A stretch of DNA of 64,000 nucleotides from Lingula anatina. Its lineage: Eukaryota > Animalia > Brachiopoda. The stretch is taken from the NCBI GenBank assembly GCA_051362555.1, contig CM120642.1, positions 30,318,001 to 30,382,000 of the forward strand, read 5' to 3'. The position numbers were made by a program, and so were the translations under genes. Positions 27,301 to 39,300 of the stretch are shown here, in pieces (position 1 is the stretch's first letter; every line of letters starts with the position of its first letter). The notes below the pieces were generated by a model. That model searched no databases. It was not told the origin of the DNA and was given only the letters and a program-made list of their open reading frames with translations.

Positions 27301-30300
27301 TTTTTTGACTTTATCATGACTTATTTCTAATACATCATGTGAACTTTGAATCACACTACCTTTGATCCTGATGATTAAAGCAAAACAGAAAACAATACCA
27401 TTCCCCCACAGCACTGTATCTTTCACATATAAATTTGATCAAAACGTAAAACCAGCTGGGTCTCTCTATACTACCTTGATCTCCTCCACAGAGTTACAGC
27501 GGACTGGGTCAGTCAGGTCTTCCTCTGCGTTCTCAAACCAGCTGTTGAAAGCAGATGCTTTCTTGGCAAAGGTGAGGTACAGGTCCTCCACCTGGCGGTA
27601 CTGCTCCTGGAGGCGGAGGAGACGCTGCTTGCGAGCCTCAGAGTCGGCCAGGAGCTTCTGCCATCTGGTGGTGAAATGAGAAGTTAATCAATTCAAGTTG
27701 ACACTTAGCACCATTTGTCAAATGACGGTTGATTCAAAATGACATCAAAATTTTTTTATCTGATCTTATTCCTTGTGTCTGTATATTTGATCAATCTTTC
27801 CAAAACACTATGTTATGAAAATAATGCCACATGAACCACTTCTTCTGTGAATTAATTAAAAGATGTGGTTCAAAAATTTAATGTAGAAACAAGATTTCAT
27901 CCACACATGAAGAAACTGGCAAAATTTTTTACAAACATTTCTCTCATAACTTTGTTCAAGGGAGGTGGGTCGATGAAATAAGTTGGGAAAAATGGACACA
28001 AAACTATATCTGTACACCTGAAAGTTTTTACTGTCTCAGATCAGCAATATCAGTATGTTATACACATTTCATACCTCTGAATGACATAATCATATCTCTT
28101 CTGAATGGCAGGGGTCTGGGCATGGTTAGCAGCCACCAGCTGGTCCTTCAGGGCAGTAATGGTCTGGATGCCTTCCTTCTCGAAAGCCTGGAGACCAGCG
28201 TCGAAAGTTTCCTGCTTGGTGAGGAGCGTCTGGACAGAGGAGAGGTCGCGGCCGTAATCCTCAGACTTCACCTGTGTCTCCTTGTCAGCTGCAATACAAG
28301 GTGGAGACATTATTTTATATTATGGCTATCAAGCATGAGGTTTTAGAAAAGTCAACAAATTAAACCCTCTAAGAAGAAATGATTTTAAAATTCTCCTAAA
28401 TAAATAAATGCAATGTACATGCTATATAGAACCAGTGAGCTCAATTGCTTGTGACATCTACTTTCTTCATATAACAGCAAAAATTTAGTATATTTCTAAG
28501 TCCCACACACATACACTACTCACACTACACACACATGCAACACACACAATACTTAAGCTACACACACTACCACACACATACGCACACAAAGACACCACTC
28601 ACCAATCCAGCTCTCCACCACATCGGTCTTCCAGATAAACTGAAGGAAGGCAGAGTTATCAATAAGCTTGGCCTTGCGGTGTTTGGCAGACTCTCCCAGG
28701 TCCTCCATCTTGTTCATCAGGGCCTGGCAGCGTGAGGCAATGTGGTCTGCATTGTGATTGCCCTGGGAAACATAATAGTGAATATATATACTGAAATATT
28801 TTAGAATAACTACGGTCTAAACTTCAAATCCTCTACATGAAAGCTGTTGTTCATAATGTACATTGATTGTTATGAAATTGAGATTATTTATAAAGCATGA
28901 CTTAGCAAATAAGAAATGAACTTGTAGCAAGAATGACGGGCATCTTTAAGTTAAAAAAAAATTCATGTAAGCAAAAAATATATACTCTTCATGCTTAGGA
29001 ACCAGCAAGATTACTTGTGTAAATATTTGCGTAAACAGAACAAAATACAAAATGACAGCCAATTTTTTCATCCAAGAGAGCAATCTTTTCCTTCAGACAT
29101 TTCCTAACCTCATCAATCAGCTTATCTCCGTTGGTCTTAATCTCAGTACAGCGATCCTGGTGAACTCTGAGGTCAGTCTCAAAGGCGTCATGTTTCTTCA
29201 GCAGCCCCTGTACAGCAGCCAGGGTGTCCCCGTAGTCCTCCCCAGACAGCAGGTGCTGCTTCTCATTAATCCAGGCCTCTTCCTCCTCAATGTTAGCACT
29301 GAACTGCTGGTACGCCAGGGACTCCTCCAGCTTCTGGCCCCTGGAGGTAAATAATGTGGAGTTTGATTTCATTCAGTGAATGAATGGTTTATTATATGAG
29401 GTCTCTGTTATAAGTCAGTACTGAAATGCTTCAATAATCATTCTGACTCCCAAGTTTCATAGTGTTTAAAATTCATTTATCAATAATTTTGGAAATAATA
29501 TTTGTCTACACAAAGTGATTATGAAAACCTGAGATGAACATTTATCAATTTCTTTCACAATGCAAGGGTTCTTATCAATTATATTCCTTAACTGGTATTT
29601 CAAACTAAAACTTTTCAAACAAATCAGATTTCCCCTGCGCAACTGCAGTATAATTAACATATCCCAACCACACAGCACCATGAAGCAGTACCTGTTAGAT
29701 GCCATCTGCTTCAGTTCCTCCCAGTTCTCATTGAGTTGCTGCAGTCTGTTGGCAATCTCCTCACTGCCTATCTGGGTCTCTGTCATCAGTTTCTCTGCTG
29801 TCTCCTGGACAGCCTGCAAGTCAATAGGGATTAGGTTAAAATGGAAGATTTTGAATCTAAACAAACTATGTGTTATAATATTAAGATAAAACAGGAATGT
29901 TGAAATATTCTGTTTGAGTGGTGGATGAGATAACAGCCTATTGTTATTGTGCTTAAAAATCTGATTGAAAATTGCCCACATCATGGCAATGTTAGGATTA
30001 TAACATGCCCAAGGATGTGACTTTCATATGGAAAGACTTAGGATATTTTCTAACTTAATCAATTCATTTTATGAAGATTGTGTGTCATATGCCTAACTGG
30101 ATCAAATATACCCTCAGTAAACATATCACTGTACCTGTATAGCAGGTTCATGACTGGCAAGTTCAGCCTCCAGTCTCTTGTGTTTCTTTCTCAAGTTCTG
30201 AACACCTGTCAAATCACGGCCGTAGTCATCAGATCCCACCAACAACTTCTTCTCTCTAGAAAATTTAGATCACATATCATTATTTGTAAAAAGAAAAAAA

Positions 30301-33300
30301 ATCATATTAATTTTCAATTTCCTCATGAAACTGCTTCATTCTTGAACATGAAAAACATAGATAAACACTGCAGATACACATAAAATTACGAAGAAAAATT
30401 AAAAGTAAATTAACTCCACATCAATGGGATTCCTTCATTGCTGTAAACTATATTCACTTCACAATAAGCCATCTAAATACCTTAGTTTCAAACCATATAA
30501 CAGACAGTGTACATACTTGATCCAAGCCTCCTCATCATCAATATCTCTGAAGAACTGGTGGAGAGTGTTGGCTTCCTCCAGCTTGGTGCGGCGGTCCTTG
30601 GACAGCTCCTTGATCCTGGAAAATTATCAGTCAGTATAAATGATCCTTAATTCTGACCAGCACAAAGCTCTACAAAGACACTAGAAATACACTTGCACGG
30701 GTACATTTTCAAAGGCAGAGAAGATTACTAAGCCTTTCTGCCATATGTATGTATGTATGTATGCTTTTTCCGTATTGGTAATCTGTTCTCAAACAGATTG
30801 CAAAAATTGAAACAAACCAGTCCACAAAGTTAAAATGTGCACACTAACAATAGGTACACCTGCACTGCTTACAATACACTGGGCACACCACTGTCTTTAC
30901 TTACTTCTCATATCTCTCATTGATAGAGTTCTTCTTCTCTCTGATGGACTCTGGGTCCCAGCCACCTCCCTCTATGAACTGGTCAGCCTGGTTGTTCATG
31001 TCCTTGATACGGTCCTGGGGGAGGAGGAAGAGAAAATTGGTTGTCTTGGTAAATATTCAAAAGAATAAGGAGCATATACATGTGCCAGGGATTAGATTTA
31101 TTTTATGGCAAGACTGTGATAATTATGTACGTAGACCAAGGAAGTTGAAATTTGTTAATATTGTGGTTACAATAAAAGAGACAGCAGAACTAAAAAGTTT
31201 TGACAATGCAAAAGGTCATAAGCAAATTGGTCCTAGTCATTAAAAAAATAAAACAAAAAACTTCTTGTAGAAAAAGTTCAAATCTGAGCCAATTTTTATC
31301 TAGGTTCTATGTTGTCTTTTAGGTTGTGTCAACTAAAGGGATAAAACTGATGTCTCCAGGTCTGTGTACTTACATCATGTGCAGTGATATCAGCATCCAG
31401 GAGCTGGTGTTTCTTCAGCAGGTTTTGCACAGAAGCCAAGTCCTTTCCATATTCCTGTGACTGCAGCAACTGCTCTACCTGGAACACAACACATAAAAAA
31501 TTGGCTACAAATCAGCAAGGACTTCTTGTGTAAAAAAAAACTTAAATGCATTTACAACTTTTGAAAGCAATTTTGACTGTTTATAATCATTACTTCAAGC
31601 GTACAGGATTATAACTATAGTGTTCACTAACAAAGTCCGTCAAAATTGGTGCGAAATTATAAATGAAAACCCCCTTTACATTAAAGAATTTCTCATAGGC
31701 AAAAGAAAATGAAGGGAGGAAAAAAAAAAGACTAATAGGTCCAAAATTTTCTATTTTCCCAGCTTTACCAGGCGGCCCTTACCTCTCCCAGCCAGAACTC
31801 AATGTCCTTGACAGCAGCATTGAACTGTTGCTGTTTACTGGCCTCCTTCAGCTTGACACTCTTCTCTGTAGTCTTCACCACCAAATACTCCCACTGCTCA
31901 GCCAGGTTAGCTATCCTCTTCCTCACAGCCTCCTCCTGGCCTTGGCATTTCCCCTCGTCTATCAGGTCTGGAAAAGTGGGAAAAAATCCCAGATTATTAC
32001 ATGCAGCATATGCAGTGACTGATAGGACTTCTCCTCAGTCAAAAGCAGGGCTTGTACTCATATGCAGGGCTAAGGACAATAATTTAGTTTGGCTGAAATA
32101 TGTGATCATTTTTGCAAATTATTATTCTGTTTTGTGAATTTATGCAGCATCCATTTGAATTAAATTAGTAATTTTGAGGTGAATTAGTCTTATATGCAAT
32201 TGGTATAAAATCTATGATTAACCAAAGCTATATAACATAGGTTCGGAATATGAAAGAGAGAATGGAAAATTTCAGAAACATTTATCTGTGTAATGCTTTG
32301 TGTTTAAAATTATGTATAGCTTCCAGTCTTTTAAAATTGCAATATTCAAAAGATCAACCCTGTCCACCTCTCCCTATATATTACATGGAATGTGAACCTG
32401 AAATTGGACCACATCTGCAGACTACACGAAGTCCAGGAGTTTCATATCACAGACATCACTGTTCTGTAGTACAATCTATGCTCTGTCTGGTCATCTGCAT
32501 GCTTGAACCAGCATCATTTAAGTTGTCACTTTAAAGACATAATAAAGGGGATGGTGCCTAGAACTAAGAAATTTCCCCACACTTTTGCATACAGTAACAC
32601 ACACATCACTACTGTAGAATCAGAACATGGAATTCACAATAATGACCAAACTTTGGTATAATATGGAGGCACACTAATACACTTCCTCAAACCTAGCTAA
32701 TGCTCCATGAGAGGAACACACACAACCATTCCATTAAATCATCCCCAAGATATTAAATAGTAAGCACTAACAAAACCCTAATTTCTATAGTCAATAGTTA
32801 GTATATAGACAACTAGAAGATGGGTTAATTCAGGTCCAAACAAATGAATCAGTGCTCCCCTTTTTATGTCCTGCAATTCTGTATCCACTGAAATTTTCTC
32901 TGGATCTGAAACCAAATGCAAAGTAAGGCACTTAGGCCACTCTTTGCAACCCAGCCCTTATTTGACAGCATGTTCATATTATTCAAGGTTAGTCCCAGCT
33001 GCCATTCAGTCCACACAGTGTACCATGCCATGGCCGATATTAAACCAATTATCAACCTTGACCTTGACATATATATATTTATATTGAGCAACCTTGACCC
33101 AGCTTTTACCTTGCTCAACAATCTTCCCACTTGGGTTAAAAGAAGGCACATTTTCAGCTTGTATAATAGGTCGTCTGTTAGAAAAAGCTTTCCACAGACA
33201 ATGCTGCAACAGACATGCACAACATATCTTCAAAGGAGGGTTCTTATAAAAGTATCCTTGGAAACCAGCTTTTAAACTCTAAAATACATAGATTCTGACA

Positions 33301-33308
33301 AGAAACAA

Positions 33309-33353
<45 letters not shown>

Positions 33354-36300
33354 CTGGATGTGTTGGGAGACAGAGGCAGTGAAATTGTCAAATAACTATT
33401 TCTAACACCCTGAAATCTAACTGCAAAATTCACAGATCTCAATCATGCACCTATCAACTACTGCTCTCTCTAAGAATAATGTTGCAGGGGTTTCTGTGGT
33501 AGCCTTGTGAGTTGCACATTTCTGGAATAAGATAAATTCAACCTCATATCATTTTGTGATGTAGGTACAGTGGTGATCAAGTGTGAATGTTGGCTGGTGT
33601 GAAGGACATAGTGGATTTAATGAAGGTTGTGGTGGGGATGAGTGAAGGTCATATGGAGATCAAATGGAGGCCATGTTGGGGTCATGTGAAGGTCATTAAG
33701 GTCAAGTGAAGGTCGCACTGGAACTAACTGGAACCAAATCATTGTCATATGCAGCAATGTACAAGATGCAGAACTGAACACCACTCCAAGCAGGCAGTTT
33801 GACCACCAGTCCCAGTGGTCAGTCAATGCAATACTGGACACTTACCGCCTTCTTCCACCAACTCTACAATATCATACACAGAGCAATCACTAATGTGAAT
33901 TATAGAACAGAAAAAAAAAAGAATATTTCAATTACACAAAAATAAAAATTAGTTATTTGAAAAAAAAAAAAAAAAAAAAAAATTCTTGAGCAGCTTATTG
34001 TTTCTGCACTGGGATCAACCCTAATTTTCTAACTCTTTACAACTAACAAATTCATTTAAATCAGAAGAAATATGGGAAAAAAGGACCAAAGTATTGGTCA
34101 AGAAAAAAGAATCTATCAAATGAGAATGGAAAACATGTACACATTTATCAAGTGGTCACTTACTCTGTCCAGCAGCAATTGTAGCCTGCAGACGATCAGT
34201 GTTAGCTGCCAACTCAGCCTCAAAGGCCTGGTGTTTTTGGTGCTTGGCCTGTACATTAGCTGGGTCCTTGTACGACTCATCTGATGCTAGCGCCACCTTT
34301 TCTGTGATCCAGACCTCCATCTCATCAGCATCACGACAGAACTGCTGCAGGGTTTGTGCCTCGCCCAACTTGGAACGATTCTCAATCAGAGCACTCTTCA
34401 AGTTGGCCCATCTAAAAAGTAAGGAGACATTTTTGTATGATGAAAGTGTATCCTAAAGCATCCCACAGCAACTTCAAATATTCTTTGTGACAGAGTTCAA
34501 TTTGTATAGTGGACCTTTACTTAGTCACTGAGTTATCTTTTAACACAGGCTTAATCATTTCATTTTTTCAAATGACGAATTTGCTTTGTTTTAAATTTCA
34601 AATCCATCTTCTCATCACCTGTCCAGTACTTCTGCCTTCTTCTCTTCAATGGAGTCTTTATCATAGTGGTCAGCATTCACCAGCTGCTCTGAGAACTGCT
34701 CCAGACTGGCAATCTTCTCCTCCTGAAATGTAGCAGACGACACATGTGAACTCCATGAAACACACTATCTGGAACCCATAGATAAGGTATATTCAACAGT
34801 AAAGTGAATATCCAATGTAAAGGTCTGAAGATCCTGTTTCTTAATTCACAATATAAATCTACACAGTGAGCACTTCTTGATGTATGTTAACTGCGAAAGA
34901 TACTAAGTTCCAAAGAGTAAAGGATATTGTGAGTCCTCTAATTTTACAGAATTGAATTTTTAAAAGGATAAAAAAATATGACATCATTACTTACAAAACC
35001 CAAGCTTAATTATGCTTCTCATATATGCTAAATATTTCTTTAGTCATTGAGAAAAAAATTCATCAATCCCAAACTTTTGCTTCAAATTTAGTTATGACCA
35101 TGATGGACTCAGAGGCCACACACATGCAGTTTAAATAAATCAAATGTCTAAAGACATGTCTGGCTACAGGACACCCTGCTCCCATGGTGATTTGACAACA
35201 AGGTATCTTAATGCCATGGCGATCTGACAACAAGATAATCTGCCCTTTCCTTATACTGAGAAGTGCCATTTTATTTTTGTCAATATGGCACAGAAATGGC
35301 GACTCCAATTTCAGGTCAGCAGTCAATGACAGCAACTGAGCATCAGACAATAAACTGCTTTAATGGGCAAATTTAGTAATTAAAACAAGTTAATCACTCA
35401 AAATGAAAAAAGACATGCAGCCACAACAACATCAATTTACTGCAAGCTGAAAATTTGACCTGAGAGTTTCAAAAGGAGACAATTTTATTAAAAATCAGTT
35501 GAAATGCTCTGCTTTCATAAAACTGCAGCAAATGTACTGTCATGCACTGGAATATTCTTTTATCTACGCAGCAGGACTGAGGTCTCTGTTCAGAAAAGCT
35601 GAACTGGATAACCACTTACCACCATCTGAATAAACTGAAGGTCCTGAAGCTGAAACTGTTTTATCTTGCAAATCAATACCAACTCTACCAGTAGGACAAT
35701 GCACAATATAACAAAGGTGAAGATTGTTAAAATTCACCGTCAGAAAGTGGGAAGAACATAACTGTGGTGATTCTAGTAGCATATCAAACATGTGAGCAAG
35801 AGAAAGGGTGATTTATGCCAGTTGTATTACAAAGTTTAGAATAAGTATAAGAAGAACAAATTAAAAACTCATAAAATACACAGGCACAGTGCAAAGAACT
35901 AAAATTCTTTACAACAGATTAAAAGAGGGTGAAAGTATATAGCAGTAAAAGGAGGGTGTAGAAGCAACATTTCACGTGACAAAGTTAGTGGTCAGTGCAT
36001 TGGTCTGGCCATCATTACCTGAGCACTGACAGCTCTGTCAAAATCTTCATGCTTCTTGATCAAGGATTCCACGGAGTCTGGGGCACCATCAGTGGAGTCT
36101 CCCCCTAAGAATGCTTCCCTAGCTGCCATCCAATTCTCAGCCTGTTCACAGTCACGCAGGAATAGCTGCAACTCCAAACACTGGTCTAGCTTCATGCGTC
36201 TGGCAATCCATGCTCTGGACAAAAAAGTGAGCGGATATTTTTCTTTTGGAACATATTCTAGTAGATGCAGACTTCTCCACAAAATATACATAACTTATTA

Positions 36301-39300
36301 TGATAACGTACGTATACATAACATTTTTTTCCATATATACAAATTTAAGGAAACTTCCACATCTTTCCTCTCCCTAGTTTTTGCCACAGGTTTTTCTTAC
36401 TTCTCCAGTTTCTCCCTGGCTTTGGCCAGCTCATTGAGTTTGTCCTGGACGTCGTCGGAGGCAAAGTGATGTGCCTGCAGGAGCTGGTAACCAAACACTT
36501 CAAACGCCTGGAAGGTGCCAGCACGTGCATCGATTTCAGTGCGATGCTCCTGAAATGCAAATACAGAACAAGCATATCAAAATATGCACAGCCTTTTCAG
36601 AAAATATTTGCCTTAACAATGTTCTTCATCTAACAAGGTATCACTGAAAAGTTTTCCTGGCAAGTTTTGAAATGCTAAAACATTTACAGGAAGTTGTCCC
36701 ATGATCTCTTGACATCAAGGTCAAGGACACCAAGGTCATTGCTGAAGGTCATCAGTCATGAAAGGGTCACAATTCCTGGAATAAAAAATAAATCCAATGC
36801 ATCTCATACACCCTATGTTTTTTGAATGATTAGTGCAAAAAGTGACCCATTATTTGAAAAAATAGTACAGAAGAAAAATGAGAATGGTGCAGACTATCTT
36901 ACTTAGAAAGAACAGAACATCAGTGCTGTTACAAAATCTACTTCAATAGAGTAAGAACTGCTACACTTTTTACAAAGAAAAACTGTACAATGTAGTTTCA
37001 AAAGACACCATGTAACCGAATCTTAATCTCACCTAGTGCCAATTAAGTTTTAATTTGGTTTTTCCTTAATAAAACCATGTACTTGGTATTAATTCATCAT
37101 GCACTATTCTATTCTACAAATCATGCGTAATCTACATGAACATGCTGAATAGCTATCCAACAGACTGACTTGAGTTAAATCAAAATTTAAGTCATATGAA
37201 TATGTGGTGCAATTTTCAGCTACATCTACCTGTATTCTCTACCACATAAGAGCTCTTTCTCTCTCATTTACTGAACTGCTGATCATGCTTTTCTAACATC
37301 ACTTGGCAGTTTCTAAGAATATTTTAACTTCACCAAGATGCAGTTGTGCTCATCTCAATCCAATTTTTTTGCAAAATATAAACAGTTTCATACCAACATA
37401 GACAGTATCAATGTTAAATCATTATCATCACAAAAAGAAGTTTCAGCACATTTTACAAATGCATACCTCATTTTAAAAACAGCTCAGCAAAAAAAAAAAA
37501 ACATGGAATGAAAACTATACGAAATGTCAAACCTGTCACAAATAAGACACTTTGGCTATATAAACCAGTCAGAGAGCTGCATGATCAACAGTCTCATGGT
37601 CATGCTAAGAAGTATCAGTCAGATCACAGAAGGGATATTACTGGCAACCCCACAAAAATAACTGCTAATTTAAACAGCAAGGATTGAAATATTCAATTTT
37701 TTTTTTCAAAATAACCAGGTCAAAATTTTATCTAATGAGCTGAAGTAGTTTACATCAAATCATCTTTCATAATATTCGGACTGAAGATCAAAATACAAAA
37801 GAAAAAAAAGGTAGCCACCAATATCCCAACATTTCTTGATCAAATGATACAAAAACAACATGTACTCAGTAGGTAACCTAATGCTTTACAAACGCCCAGA
37901 TCTGGAAAAAGTCAAACCATGCGATTAGAAAGAGAAATAGAGAGAGAGACAGAGAGAAAAAAAAGACAATAACAACGTTATACAAAGGAGCATCCTAGAG
38001 TTCATCCTACCAGACAAGGTCAAGGTCACATTCCAGCATAACAGACCTACAACGCTGTAAGAAACATGCTGTTATTAGCTTCCCCTGTGTAGACAGGGTG
38101 AGACAAAGAACTGTGCGGCCTGCCGCGGACATGTTGGGGACAGTCTGTAAAGTGAACATGCCTTATTGTCCTCAATGTGATTTCTCTATCTACAAGTGGA
38201 TGCTTATATGCTGTAGGCGCCACAGAGAAAGTGAAATAGTTCCAACTTGTCTTATCAGTAACAACTTTTTGGTAGATGTTTAAATTCACTGCAAAATTGC
38301 CATTTCAACAATTAAAGACCAAATTGATCTGACAGACACAGTCATACATGGAAGACAGTTTCAGAATGTCTTACAATGCGCAACCTCTTATGGCAAATAC
38401 AGCTACATGAGCAAGCACAAAAAACTACATAAATATATTGTATATATAAACTGGCTAGTTGATATGTATAACATCTCAGCAGCACATCACTCCATTCCCA
38501 GCATGCCCTAGAATCATGGCTGACCTCATCCTCTGCCTCCTCCTCTGCGTTCTCTAAAACTTGGTAGGGGACATAGCGACTGGCAATGTCAGTGTGAAGG
38601 TTCTGAAATGTTGATAGCATTTTCGTTTCACCACAGGGAGAAAAGACAAAATTACTTCCACCAATTGTAAGAGAAAATCAAATTTTTATTTTTTCCTGAA
38701 AAAGAGGGCGATGAAATATATATCTATATAGATGCATAGCATATATATTTGAAACCTTGCTTCCTCAATTTTTTCCACACAAAATCCCAATACATGGCAT
38801 CTTATATAAAAAGTCTGCACATCATTTCCCAAGCTGCCTGAAGGCACATTCCTTCTACTTGTGTAAACTGTGCTCCTTTCTTATAACCTTACATACACAA
38901 AACCCATCAGTCTTCAGAGACCACAGTTAAATGACAACCAATCCAGCTCATTTCCCTTGTGCTCAGTCTCAAGTCCATAGCATCACTCTTTATATCTGGG
39001 CACTACCTTCTAAGCAATACTAGACACCATATAATGGAAAGCCACACATTCACTCAAACCTTGACCTTCTCTTACCTGGTGTCGTTCCAGCAAAGCCTCG
39101 GCTCCCGTGACGTCCTTGGCCAGCTCATCAGAGGAAACCAGAGCCTGCATGCTGTTAATCCAGGAGGTCAGGTCACGATAGTCACTCAGGAAACGCTGGT
39201 AGTCGTAAGAATCCAGAAGCTTGGCCTTACGGGCATTGGCCTGAGGAAGAAGATACATGTTCATTTATATTAGAATTTATAAACACACAATATTTGGATA

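Noticed and set aside
32780-32905. Acceptor-like ggtttcag with an open phase-1 frame as an alternative last exon
   Set aside because: No donor, no spectrin-like or otherwise meaningful peptide; compatible with chance.
32864-33275. Four overlapping ORFs in a spectrin intron
   Set aside because: No recognisable protein features or consistent splice signals.
37027-37240. AG|GT recursive-splice-like site (~37032) and a 9-nt RIQ microexon candidate (~37230-37238)
   Set aside because: Poor polypyrimidine tracts, and the intron is too short to need recursive splicing.
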